From positions 45,743 through 109,742 of the forward strand of contig SHVB01000008.1 of the NCBI GenBank assembly GCA_009694375.1: a stretch of DNA of 64,000 nt, written 5' to 3'. This document shows positions 21,779 through 30,800 of the stretch, piece by piece; the first letter of the stretch is position 1; each line of letters opens with the position of its first letter. This DNA is from Acidimicrobiia bacterium. GTDB lineage: Bacteria > Actinomycetota > Acidimicrobiia > Acidimicrobiales > VFJN01. Both the position numbers and the translations under genes were made by a program. A model generated the notes under the pieces. It saw only the letters and a list, made by a program, of their open reading frames with translations. It searched no databases and was not told the DNA's origin.

Positions 21779-22978
21779 ATGCTCGAGGGCAAGCGCATCG
21801 TCCTCGGCGTGTCGGGGGGTATCGCCGCTTACAAGGCGGTGGACGTCTGTCGGCGTCTTGTCGACGCGGGCGCCTATGTGATCCCGGTTCTCACCGAGGG
21901 CTCGCAGCATTTCATCGGGCGCACCACCTTCGATGCGTTGGGATCCGAACCGGCGTGGACCGGATTGTGGGACGAGCGACATCCGATTCCCCATACCCAC
22001 CTGGGTCAGACCGCCGATTTGGTGCTGGTGGCACCGGCCACCGCCCGCGTGCTTGGTCTGTACGCCGGGGGGATCAGCGAGGATCTCCTCACCAACGTGT
22101 TGCTGGCCACTCGTGCCCCGGTGCTGGTGTGCCCGGCCATGCACACCGAGATGTGGGAACACCCTGCCGTGCGCGACAACCTTCGCCTCCTGCGCTCCCG
22201 TGGGGTGCACGTGGTGGAACCTGAGAGTGGTCGCCTAGCCGGCGGTGATGTGGGCACTGGACGCCTAGCGGACCCGGCCGTCATCGTGGCGGCCGTGGAG
22301 CACCTCCTAGCCAGCGAGGAGCACCTCGACCTCACCGGTGTTCGTCTCGTGGTCACCGCCGGGGGCACCCGGGAACCGATCGATCCAGTGCGCTTCATTG
22401 GCAACCGCTCCTCCGGCAAGCAGGGCCACGCCATCGCCGCCGAGGCAGCCGCCCGGGGGGCGAAGGTCACCCTCGTCACCACGTCGGCTTCCCCCGCGGC
22501 CGCCGAGATCGATCTCGTGCGAGTGGATACGGCGGCCGAAATGGCCCACGCATTGGAAGCTCGCGCGGAGCAAGCCGACGTAATCGTGATGGCCGCGGCG
22601 GTGGCAGACTTTCGCCCGGTGACGGTGGCTACCGACAAGATCAAGAAATCTGGGGGCGTGCCGGAGATCACCTTGGAGGCCACCCCCGATATTCTCGCCG
22701 ATCTCGCCGCCCGCCGGCGGGCCGGTCAGATCATCGTGGGGTTTGCCGCGGAGACGAGCGATCTGCGCGGCAACGCCGCCGAAAAACTTCGCCGCAAGGG
22801 CATCGATCTCATCGTGGCCAACGATGTCTCGGCCCCTGGCGTGGGTTTCGAGCACGACACGAACGAGGTGGTCATCCTGGGAGCCGATGGATCGGTCCAA
22901 GATGTCCCCCTCGCCGATAAACGGGTCATCGCCCGTGCCATTCTCAATGTTGTATCAACACTAAGGAGCAAGCCGTGA
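21779..22978 (+). CDS. coaBC: bifunctional phosphopantothenoylcysteine decarboxylase / phosphopantothenate-cysteine ligase
   Basis: N-terminal flavoprotein motif [10 protein letters not shown] and a C-terminal CoaB domain ([24 protein letters not shown]). Confidence 0.93.
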   Translation: MLEGKRIVLGVSGGIAAYKAVDVCRRLVDAGAYVIPVLTEGSQHFIGRTTFDALGSEPAWTGLWDERHPIPHTHLGQTADLVLVAPATARVLGLYAGGISEDLLTNVLLATRAPVLVCPAMHTEMWEHPAVRDNLRLLRSRGVHVVEPESGRLAGGDVGTGRLADPAVIVAAVEHLLASEEHLDLTGVRLVVTAGGTREPIDPVRFIGNRSSGKQGHAIAAEAAARGAKVTLVTTSASPAAAEIDLVRVDTAAEMAHALEARAEQADVIVMAAAVADFRPVTVATDKIKKSGGVPEITLEATPDILADLAARRRAGQIIVGFAAETSDLRGNAAEKLRRKGIDLIVANDVSAPGVGFEHDTNEVVILGADGSVQDVPLADKRVIARAILNVVSTLRSKP

Positions 22979-24171
22979 CCCGCCAGTGGACCTTCACCTC
23001 GGAGTCTGTGACCGAGGGCCACCCCGACAAGATGGCCGACCAGATCTCCGACTCGATTCTGGACGCCATCCTGGCGGAGGACCCGATGGCCCGCGTGGCC
23101 TGCGAGACGATGGTCACCACCGGATTGGCGATCGTGGCTGGTGAGATCACCACCACGGCCTACGTCGAGATCCCCTCCATCGTGCGCAACACGATCAAGA
23201 GCATCGGCTACGACCGTGAGTCGGTGGGTTACGACGGCAACACCTGTGGCGTGATCACTTCGATCGACCCGCAGTCGCCCGACATCGCCCAGGGCGTAGA
23301 CACCGCCATGGAGACCCGTACCGGCGTATCGGGCGAGGATCTTCTCAACAGTCAGGGCGCTGGCGATCAGGGCATGATGTTCGGGTATGCGGTGAAAGAG
23401 ACCGAAGACCTCATGCCGCTGCCGATTTGGCTGGCCCATCGCCTCGCCGAACGGCTCGCCGACGTGCGGAAGTCGGGTGTGCTCCCGTACCTGCGCCCCG
23501 ACGGCAAGACGCAGGTCACGGTGGACTACGAGGGCAACACGCCCACACGCCTCACCACCGTGCTCATCTCCACCCAGCACCAGCCCGGTATCGATGCCGA
23601 GACGCTCATCAAGCCCGATCTCATCGAACACGTGATCACCCCGCTGCTGCCTACCAACATCGACACCTCCGACTTCCGGGTGCTGGTGAACCCCACCGGC
23701 AACTTCGAGTTGGGTGGCCCCTACGCCGACTGTGGCCTCACTGGTCGCAAGATCATCGTGGACACCTACGGCGGAGCCGCTCGCCACGGCGGTGGAGCCT
23801 TCTCCGGCAAGGACCCGTCCAAGGTGGACCGCTCCGCCGCCTACGCGGCCCGCTGGGTGGCGAAGAACGTGGTGGCCGCCGGGGCGGCTGATCGCTGCGA
23901 GGTGCAGGTGGCCTACGCCATTGGTGTCGCCCAGCCCGTATCGATCCTGGTGGAGACCTTCGGGACCGAGACGGTGGAGGAGGCCAAGATCAGCCAGGCC
24001 GTACGCGATGTGTTCGACCTGCGACCGGCCGCCATCATCCGCGATCTCGATCTGCGCCGGCCGATCTACCAAAAGACCGCCGCCTACGGGCACTTCGGGC
24101 GACCGGACAAGGATTTCACCTGGGAGCAGACCACCCGGGTCGACGACCTGAAATCCGCCCTCGGCTTGTAG
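22975..24171 (+). CDS. metK: S-adenosylmethionine synthetase
   Basis: [44 protein letters not shown]. Confidence 0.97.
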   Translation: MTRQWTFTSESVTEGHPDKMADQISDSILDAILAEDPMARVACETMVTTGLAIVAGEITTTAYVEIPSIVRNTIKSIGYDRESVGYDGNTCGVITSIDPQSPDIAQGVDTAMETRTGVSGEDLLNSQGAGDQGMMFGYAVKETEDLMPLPIWLAHRLAERLADVRKSGVLPYLRPDGKTQVTVDYEGNTPTRLTTVLISTQHQPGIDAETLIKPDLIEHVITPLLPTNIDTSDFRVLVNPTGNFELGGPYADCGLTGRKIIVDTYGGAARHGGGAFSGKDPSKVDRSAAYAARWVAKNVVAAGAADRCEVQVAYAIGVAQPVSILVETFGTETVEEAKISQAVRDVFDLRPAAIIRDLDLRRPIYQKTAAYGHFGRPDKDFTWEQTTRVDDLKSALGL

Positions 24172-25904
24172 TGCCGTCGCCGCTCGTCGTTCGCGTCCTT
24201 CCGGACGTGCCGGCGATCGACAAGACCTTCGACTACCTGGTCCCGGACGCCGTTCGGGACCAGGTGCGCGTGGGCGACATGGTGCGCATCGCGTTGCATG
24301 GTCGCCGAGTGGGGGGCTGGGTCATGGCGGTGGACGTGGAGCCACCGGCCGGAGTGGCGCTACACCCGTTGGTGAAACGCAGTGGTCTGGGTCCCACCGC
24401 TGATCTGTTGGAACTGGCGGAGTGGGGGGCGTGGCGGTGGGCCGGACGTCCGGCATCCTTTCTGAAAACGGCCAGTCCGGAGCGAATGGTGGCCGTACTA
24501 CCGGACCCGCCTCCCTCGGCCCGGCCTGCCCCGAGCCATGAACTCCTGGCGCGGGCAGTAGCGGGCCCCCGGTCGGTGTTACGTCTGCCTCCGGCCACGA
24601 ATCTCGTGCACGTAGCCCTGGCGGCGGCGGGATGCGGCAACGCGCTGGTGCTCTGCCCCAGCCAGGCGTTGGTGCGGCGGGTGGCCCATGGCCTCACCCG
24701 CGCCGGGGTGGCGGTGGCGGTGTACCCACAGGACTGGGCCCGGGGGGCGGCGGGCGCCACCGTGGTGGGCACGCGAGGAGCGGCGTGGGCCCCGGTGGGG
24801 GATCTGGCGGCGGTGGTGGTGCTCGACGAGCACGATGAGGGACATCAGCAGGAGCAGGCCCCCACCTGGCACGCCCGGGATGTGGCGGTGGAACGAGCCG
24901 CTCGGGCGGGAGTGCCCTGTGTCCTCACCAGTGCCTGCCCCAGCCTGGAGGCATTGGCGTGGGGCACCCTGCTGCCCGCTGATCGCCGACGAGAGCGGGC
25001 CGGATGGCCAGTGGTGGAGGTGGTGGATCGACGCCGAGGCGATCCGCGTCGCGAGGGCCTCTATTCCGAAGCCTTGGTGCGACTACTGCGCTCGGACCAG
25101 CGGGTGCTGTGCGTACTGAATCGCACCGGTCGGGCTCGCCTGCTGGCCTGCACGGCCTGTGGGGAACTGGCCCGCTGTGATGCCTGTGCGGCGGCGGTGG
25201 AGCAACCGGAGAGTGAACTGCACTGCCGACGATGTGGCGCCGCCCGACCACCGATCTGCTTGTCCTGTGGGGCGGCCCGCTTCCGGAACGCCCGGGTGGG
25301 GGTAACCCGGGTGCGGGAGGAACTTGAGGCACTAGTGGGGGAGCCAGTCACCGAATTGACCGCTCGCTCCGAGCCCGGGGCTTCGGCCACGAGGGTGGTG
25401 GTGGGTACCGAGGCGGTGCTCCAGCGCATCGATCGCGCTGACGTCGTGGCCTTCCTTGACCTAGACCAGGAACTGTTGGCGCCGCGCTACCGGGCCAGCG
25501 AGCAGGCCCTGGCGCTGCTCGCCCGGGCGGCCCGGGTGGTGGCGGCGTCGGGACCGGCGGGTGATCGGGCGGCGGGGCGGCTTCTCCTCCAAACCCGCAG
25601 CCCCGACCACGAAGTGGTCCAGGCCGTCGTGCGCGCCGACGTCAGTGGCGTGAGCAACGCCGAGCGCGGACGGCGGGAGCTTCTCCGCTTTCCCCCCTTC
25701 ACGGCCCTGGCTGAGGTATCCGGAGCGGCGGCAGCGGCTTATGTGGAGGCGTTGGGCACACCTGAGGGCGTCGAAGTCGTCGAGAGCGCGGACGGCCATT
25801 GGTTGGTGCGCGCCCCGGATCAGGCGTCGCTCAGCAACGCCCTTACCTCCGTCCGTCGGCCCCCGGGTCGGCTCCGCATCGAGGTCGACCCGCTCCGGGT
25901 CTAG
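24171..25904 (+). CDS. priA: primosomal protein N' (PriA) homolog lacking a canonical Walker A
   Basis: N-terminal 3'-DNA-binding-domain pattern (FDYLVPD, GDMVRIALHGRRVGGWV). DEHD box. Cys-rich zinc region CTACGELARCDAC...HCRRCG...CLSCG. Confidence 0.8.
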   Translation: MPSPLVVRVLPDVPAIDKTFDYLVPDAVRDQVRVGDMVRIALHGRRVGGWVMAVDVEPPAGVALHPLVKRSGLGPTADLLELAEWGAWRWAGRPASFLKTASPERMVAVLPDPPPSARPAPSHELLARAVAGPRSVLRLPPATNLVHVALAAAGCGNALVLCPSQALVRRVAHGLTRAGVAVAVYPQDWARGAAGATVVGTRGAAWAPVGDLAAVVVLDEHDEGHQQEQAPTWHARDVAVERAARAGVPCVLTSACPSLEALAWGTLLPADRRRERAGWPVVEVVDRRRGDPRREGLYSEALVRLLRSDQRVLCVLNRTGRARLLACTACGELARCDACAAAVEQPESELHCRRCGAARPPICLSCGAARFRNARVGVTRVREELEALVGEPVTELTARSEPGASATRVVVGTEAVLQRIDRADVVAFLDLDQELLAPRYRASEQALALLARAARVVAASGPAGDRAAGRLLLQTRSPDHEVVQAVVRADVSGVSNAERGRRELLRFPPFTALAEVSGAAAAAYVEALGTPEGVEVVESADGHWLVRAPDQASLSNALTSVRRPPGRLRIEVDPLRV

Positions 25905-25911
25905 GGCTGGC

Positions 25912-26184
25912 CTACCGGCCGGGGGCGGGCTGCCAGCGCTCGAAGCGGTTGCCTTCGCGGTCCATGGCCCGGGCGAAGCGGCCGTCATCGACGCCGTAGT
26001 TGACCATGTAGTCGGGCTGAGTGGGGCCGAAGCCGGCGGTCTCACGGTCGAACGCCGCCCACCGGGTGGGTCCGAGCTTGGCGGTGGCGGCGTTGGTGAC
26101 CGGAAGGCCCAACACCGTCTGGTACCAGCGGGCGAGTCGGTCACGATGCGTGGCGCCGATGAACACGCCACCGATCCCCGTGAC
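25912..26184 (-). CDS. short VOC/glyoxalase-family fragment-like protein
   Basis: GIGGVFIGATHRDRLARWYQTVLGL and DREGNRFERWQP resemble VOC proteins, but the ORF is ~90 aa and has an apparent internal gap. Start tentatively GTG 26184. The track N-terminal extension to 26328 overlaps the upstream gene. Confidence 0.35.
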   Translation of the reverse strand, partial: VTGIGGVFIGATHRDRLARWYQTVLGLPVTNAATAKLGPTRWAAFDRETAGFGPTQPDYMVNYGVDDGRFARAMDREGNRFERWQPAPGR

Positions 26185-26237
26185 GTGTCCCGGGCGCGGG
26201 TTCTCGTCGCCGGCCCTGCGGCCAGGCCGACACGCCG

Positions 26238-27467
26238 TCAGTAGGTGGTGGGTGACCAGGGGGCGATCGGCGTGGCCAGCAGCGAGCTGAGCCGACCGAC
26301 GCCCCCGGGGGAGTCCTCGTCGATCCATCCGGCCTCGTGGAGCCGGCCGACGGACGGGCCGCCGAGGTGCAGGGCCCCTAGGGCGCTGATCGGAAGGCGG
26401 ACGTCGGCCGAGTCGGTGGTGGGGACGGCTTGGCTCCCGTCAGGCCCGAGCTCGATGCGCCAGCGTCCGGTGGTGAATCCGAGCCCGTCGACCACCTCGA
26501 CGACCGCCCGGCGCTCGTCGGCCGTGCGGTAGGCGCCAAAGGTGGAGGGAACGTCGAGGATCCGTGACCAGATGACGTCGAACCGATCGCGTGCCACCGC
26601 GGCGCGCCCGTCGACCAGGAAGTAGGGGAGGGGATCGTCGACGCCTCGATCTACGGCCACCACCGTGCTGATCCAGTCGGTCTCGCACAGGTGACGCCAC
26701 AGCTCCCGCTCTGCCTCCGGGGTGGCGCCGACGAGAAGGGTGACCTCGATGGTGCCGCGAGGGCGGTTGTCGATCCAGGCATCCCTGACCTTGTAGGCCG
26801 CTGCCCCGAGCACGGTGCCATGGTGGTCTCGCCAGACGACTCCGCGGCGGAGCCCGGGGGGATCGGTGGAGCCCGGATCCGGCACCGTGCCAGCGAGGCG
26901 GTCCCACACGGCGGGAAGGCGGGTGACCGCACCGGGCGTGCGGGCCCCGCGTAGGTCGTGCGCCGCTTCGAGATGGGGGCGCAGCTGGTCCGGCGTGACC
27001 AGCTCGATCGCCCCGGTCGGGGGGGCGATGAACTCGGCGCTGAGGGCATCCACTCGCCAGGTGCAGGCCTCCACCGACGGCCCGTACCCGTAACGACCGT
27101 AGATGGGCCACTCGGCCGAGATGAGCGTGGCGATCGGTCGCTCCTCGGCCGCGATGGCTGTGAGCTGGGCCTCCACCAGCTTCCGCAGGTACCCGCGTCG
27201 CCGGTGGGTGGCGGCCACCGCGACCGGGCCGACGAGCCCGGCCGGGAGCACTCCACCAGGGACCGAGAGGTCGCCGTGGAACCATCGGACGACGCCCCCG
27301 AGCGTCCCGTGCTCGTCGAAGGCGCCGTGGGTGCGCTCCGGCTCGAACTCGGCGCCCCAGGCATCCTGCACTTCGTCACGCGCGTCGGTGAGCATGGCGC
27401 GGCCGATGAGACGAACACCGGCAGGTACCTCCTCGGCCGTGAGCGTGCGGACAGTGGGTTCAGGCAT
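26238..27467 (-). CDS. Eis-like GNAT N-acetyltransferase (GNAT + SCP2-like C-terminal domain)
   Basis: 409 aa. Acetyl-CoA motif VAATHRRRGYLRKLV. The overall architecture and length are typical of enhanced-intracellular-survival-type acetyltransferases. Confidence 0.75.
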   Translation of the reverse strand: MPEPTVRTLTAEEVPAGVRLIGRAMLTDARDEVQDAWGAEFEPERTHGAFDEHGTLGGVVRWFHGDLSVPGGVLPAGLVGPVAVAATHRRRGYLRKLVEAQLTAIAAEERPIATLISAEWPIYGRYGYGPSVEACTWRVDALSAEFIAPPTGAIELVTPDQLRPHLEAAHDLRGARTPGAVTRLPAVWDRLAGTVPDPGSTDPPGLRRGVVWRDHHGTVLGAAAYKVRDAWIDNRPRGTIEVTLLVGATPEAERELWRHLCETDWISTVVAVDRGVDDPLPYFLVDGRAAVARDRFDVIWSRILDVPSTFGAYRTADERRAVVEVVDGLGFTTGRWRIELGPDGSQAVPTTDSADVRLPISALGALHLGGPSVGRLHEAGWIDEDSPGGVGRLSSLLATPIAPWSPTTY

Positions 27468-27912
27468 GGCGGCACGCTAGGGGACCGAGGGTGAGCCAGC
27501 GCCGCGGATTTACGCCGGAGGGTCCGGTCGGAGCCCGTGGAGTAGACGGTGGGGGCGTGATCGCTTCGAGTCGCATGGCCCGTCGGAAGGCCCCCCACAC
27601 CACCGCCACCTCGGAGTGAGCGTCGAGGATGCTGATGCGCGGGACGGCCGAATCCAGGTGTGCCTCGACGAAGGCTCGGCATCCCCGCACCAGGCTTTCG
27701 AAGGTCTCCGACTCAGCCCAAGCGGAGAAGAGCGCGGCTCCCACGACGTCGGTGACCGGCCGCTTGACGTCCTCGACGACGGCCCGAAAGAGGTCGTCCT
27801 TGTCGCGGAAGCGGTGGGAGAGGGCGCCTTCGGTGACGCCGGCGTGACGGGTGATCGCCTCCACCGGGGTGGAGGCGTACCCCCGCTCACCGAACAGGGC
27901 GCGGGTGGACAC
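27460..27912 (-). CDS. TetR-family transcriptional regulator (start uncertain)
   Basis: HTH region TRALFGERGYASTPVEAITRHAGVTEGALSHRFRDKDDLF. Its stop overlaps the Eis-like start by 8 nt. The first canonical start after the unsupported upstream extension is GTG 27912, which clips helix 1. Confidence 0.6.
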   Translation of the reverse strand: MSTRALFGERGYASTPVEAITRHAGVTEGALSHRFRDKDDLFRAVVEDVKRPVTDVVGAALFSAWAESETFESLVRGCRAFVEAHLDSAVPRISILDAHSEVAVVWGAFRRAMRLEAITPPPSTPRAPTGPSGVNPRRWLTLGPLACRHA

Positions 27913-27984
27913 GATGAGGTCCCGGCGCGTCGCCTCGGCTGGCGCGGCCTTCGACGGCTTGACGAGCGGGCGCGGCGCGGGGGA

Positions 27985-28182
27985 ATGAGCGCCGCCGAGC
28001 TCCAGGGGATCTCGCGGAACTCCAGCCAGATCCTGTCCGACCTGGGGCCGGAGATCCGGTGGCTGCAGAGTTACGTCACCGACGACAAGATCTCCTGCGT
28101 CTACGGGGCGCCCGATGAGGACATGATCCTCGAGCACGCTTGGTGGGGTGACTTTCCGGCCAACCGCGTGACCCGGGTGTGA
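27985..28182 (+). CDS. DUF4242-like small protein (N-terminally short)
   Basis: LGPEIRWLQSYVTDDKISCVYGAPDEDMILEHA..GDFPANRVTRV matches my memory of the DUF4242 pattern. ATG 27985 is preceded by GGGGGAA. Confidence 0.55.
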   Translation: MSAAELQGISRNSSQILSDLGPEIRWLQSYVTDDKISCVYGAPDEDMILEHAWWGDFPANRVTRV

Positions 28183-28198
28183 GCCATGATCGACCCGT

Positions 28199-28729
28199 CT
28201 AGCGCGGAGTAGTCCAGCCGGCTCGCCGCACCTCGTAGCAGGCGATCGACGCGGCCGTGGCCACGTTGAGCGAGCCGACCCTGCCCAGCAGAGGGAGGAA
28301 AGCGACGGCGTCAACGGCGGCGAGGACCCCGGAGGTGCACCCCCGGTCCTCGTGGCCCACGAGCAGACAGGTGGCCTCGGTGAGGCGGACCTCGTGGAGG
28401 GGCACCGCTTCGTCGGCGAGCTCCACGGCCACCACCTGATAGCCCGCAGCGCGGGCGGCAGCGATCGCATGAACGCCGTCGTCGACTCGGTGGAAGGTGA
28501 GGTAGCGCTGCGTGCCCAGGGCGGTCTTGCCGACCTTGCTGTCCTCTGGATCGGGCGTGCGCCCGCTCAGCCAGACGTCGTCCACCCGCAGCGCGGCGGC
28601 GGTGCGAATGATGGCCCCCACGTTGAACGGACCCTGGACGTCGTCGAGCACGAGCGCCAGTCGTCCCTCGCTGCGGCGGCGCCACTCCCGGTGGAGGCGC
28701 TTCATACCGGTGCCGTCTAATTGTTTCAC
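28199..28729 (-). CDS. SpoU/TrmH-family RNA 2'-O-methyltransferase
   Basis: LVLDDVQGPFNVGAIIRTA, LLVGHEDRG, and the SLNVATAASIACYE SPOUT motifs. Start may be the internal ATG at 28705. Confidence 0.8.
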   Translation of the reverse strand: MKQLDGTGMKRLHREWRRRSEGRLALVLDDVQGPFNVGAIIRTAAALRVDDVWLSGRTPDPEDSKVGKTALGTQRYLTFHRVDDGVHAIAAARAAGYQVVAVELADEAVPLHEVRLTEATCLLVGHEDRGCTSGVLAAVDAVAFLPLLGRVGSLNVATAASIACYEVRRAGWTTPR

Positions 28730-29331
28730 CCTCGCTTCACCAGCAACAGGCGGTAACCGGTGCGGGAACCCAACCGGGTAGCCCCGAAGCCCTCGGCTTC
28801 GAACCAGCGTTGGAGCGAATCAGCCCCCAAGTGCTTCTGGACGACCACCACGGCACTCCCGGTGGGGGTGAGGCGAGCCAACCAGGTCCGCAGCATGACA
28901 TGGAGGGCGGGCTTGCCGATACGGATCGGCGGGTTGGACCACAACAGGTCCACCGTGATCTCGGGGGGAACCTCCCCCGCCAGTGCGATGTGCACGTTGG
29001 TGGCTTTATTGGTCGCGGCGTTGGCCCGACAGAGGTCGAGAGCGCGGGCGTTCACATCCACCGCCCACACCTTGGCCGCTGGGGAGCGCAGAGCCAGGGT
29101 GCAGGCAATCGGGCCGTAGCCACAGCCGAGATCGACAAAGGTGCCGGTGGTCGGTGGCGTGGGGGCTTCCAGTAGCAGGTATTTCGTACCGGCGTCCACC
29201 CGCGAGGCGGAAAACACCCCCCGATCGGTGGTGAGGGTGAGGGAACGGTCGGGGAGGTCGAGGCGAATAGTGGTAGCGCGGGAGGGCCCGTGTGGCTCGG
29301 CATCGAAATAGTGCCCCACCGGTTCTGGCAT
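28726..29331 (-). CDS. class I SAM-dependent methyltransferase (RsmC/MTS small-domain type)
   Basis: VDLGCGYGPIA (motif I) and LLWSNPPIRIGK (NPP[IFH] motif). 4-nt overlap with the downstream SpoU gene. Confidence 0.8.
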   Translation of the reverse strand: MPEPVGHYFDAEPHGPSRATTIRLDLPDRSLTLTTDRGVFSASRVDAGTKYLLLEAPTPPTTGTFVDLGCGYGPIACTLALRSPAAKVWAVDVNARALDLCRANAATNKATNVHIALAGEVPPEITVDLLWSNPPIRIGKPALHVMLRTWLARLTPTGSAVVVVQKHLGADSLQRWFEAEGFGATRLGSRTGYRLLLVKRG

Positions 29332-29337
29332 ACGGGG

Positions 29338-29353
29338 AACCTACCGGTAGCCT
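29338..29353. promoter_or_regulatory. back-to-back -10 hexamers (TAGGTT on the minus strand, TAGCCT on the plus strand) around palindrome CTACCGGTAG
   Basis: The start codons are only 28 bp apart. The layout is CAT-N6-AACCTA-CCGG-TAGCCT-N6-ATG, so each TAnnnT sits 6 nt from its ATG. There is no SD on either side. Confidence 0.45.
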
Positions 29354-29359
29354 GGGGCC

Positions 29360-29917
29360 ATGTCCTCGCCCTATGAGATCCGACTGATCGGCGATCCCGT
29401 GCTCCGAGAGCGATCCAGCGAGCTCACCGAGATCGATGGCCGCCTCGCCCGCCTCGCCGATGACATGGTCACCACGATGTACGACGCCTCGGGGGTGGGC
29501 CTCGCCGCCCCGCAGGTGGGGGTCCAGAAGCGCCTCTTTGTGTACGACACGGGTGAGGGACCCCAGGCGATCGTCAACCCCGAGGTTCGCGAGGCGAGGG
29601 GCGAATGGACCTACGAAGAGGGGTGTCTTTCCATTCCCGGGCTGTACTTCACCGTGATCCGAGCGAAGGAAATCCACCTCGTCGGGTTCGACCTCGACGG
29701 TCAGGAGCTCTCGATCGAAGCCAATGAGTACTCGGCGCGTTGTTTCCAGCACGAGTTGGACCATCTCGACGGCGTCTTGTTCATCGACCGTCTCAACGAG
29801 GACGACCGCAAGGCGGCGATGAAGATCATCCGCGAGCAGAAGCTGCAGGCCGATGATCACCTAGACGCCGACATCGCCACCCCCAACGCCGCGCGCGGTC
29901 GCTTCACCCTCCGCTGA
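29360..29917 (+). CDS. def: peptide deformylase
   Basis: GVGLAAPQVG, EGCLSIPG, QHELDHLDG. Confidence 0.95.
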   Translation: MSSPYEIRLIGDPVLRERSSELTEIDGRLARLADDMVTTMYDASGVGLAAPQVGVQKRLFVYDTGEGPQAIVNPEVREARGEWTYEEGCLSIPGLYFTVIRAKEIHLVGFDLDGQELSIEANEYSARCFQHELDHLDGVLFIDRLNEDDRKAAMKIIREQKLQADDHLDADIATPNAARGRFTLR

Positions 29918-29927
29918 TTTCGTTGCG

Positions 29928-30800
29928 ATGACCATCGCGCTGGCCCCCGCGGGCCCAGTGACCCGGGTGGCCTACCTCGGCACCCCCCAGCTGGCGGTGA
30001 CACCGCTGCGCGCCCTGCGGGCGGCGGGTATCGAGGTGGCCCTGGTGGTGTCCCAGCCCGATCGTCGCCGAGGGCGCGGCCGCGCCGTGACGGCCTCGCC
30101 GGTGAAACAAGCGGCGCTGGATCTGGGCCTGCCGGTGAGCGACGACGTGGCCGCGGTGGCCGCGGCGGGGGTGAACCTCGCGGTGGTGGTGGCCTTCGGT
30201 CGGCTGATTGGCCGCCCGGTGCTCGAGGTGGTGCCGATGGTAAATCTGCACTTCTCCCTCCTGCCGCGATGGCGAGGGGCCGCCCCGGTGGAACGGGCGA
30301 TCCTGGCGGGCGACTCCCGCACCGGAGTAGATCTCATGGCGGTGGAGGAAGCCCTCGACACCGGTGGCATCTATCAGCGACGCGAGGTGCCTATCGGTCC
30401 CGACGACACCCTGGAGCACCTGCGGGCGACGCTGGTGGAGGCGGGTACGGCCATGCTGGTGGAGGAATTGCAGCGGGGCCTCGGGGTGGCCAACGCCCAA
30501 CACGGCGAGCCCACCTACGCCGCCAAGATCACCCCCGAGGAGCGGGAGTTGCGCTGGAGTGAAGCGGCGGTGTCCGTGCATCGAGTGGTGCGGCTCGGCG
30601 GGGCGTGGACCACCCATCACGGTAAACGACTCAAGGTGTGGCGCACGCATGTGCCCCCCCAAGGGGATGGCCCCGTGGTGGCCGCCGGTGACGGTCCGGT
30701 CGAACTCGTCGAGGTGCAACCCGAGGGGAAGGCGCCCATGGCGGCGAGCGCCTGGGCAAACGGGGCCCGCTGGCGGCCCGGCGATGGTCTCGGATCGTGA
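29928..30800 (+). CDS. fmt: methionyl-tRNA formyltransferase
   Basis: NLHFSLLPRWRGAAPVERAI motif. Conserved position after def. Confidence 0.92.
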   Translation: MTIALAPAGPVTRVAYLGTPQLAVTPLRALRAAGIEVALVVSQPDRRRGRGRAVTASPVKQAALDLGLPVSDDVAAVAAAGVNLAVVVAFGRLIGRPVLEVVPMVNLHFSLLPRWRGAAPVERAILAGDSRTGVDLMAVEEALDTGGIYQRREVPIGPDDTLEHLRATLVEAGTAMLVEELQRGLGVANAQHGEPTYAAKITPEERELRWSEAAVSVHRVVRLGGAWTTHHGKRLKVWRTHVPPQGDGPVVAAGDGPVELVEVQPEGKAPMAASAWANGARWRPGDGLGS

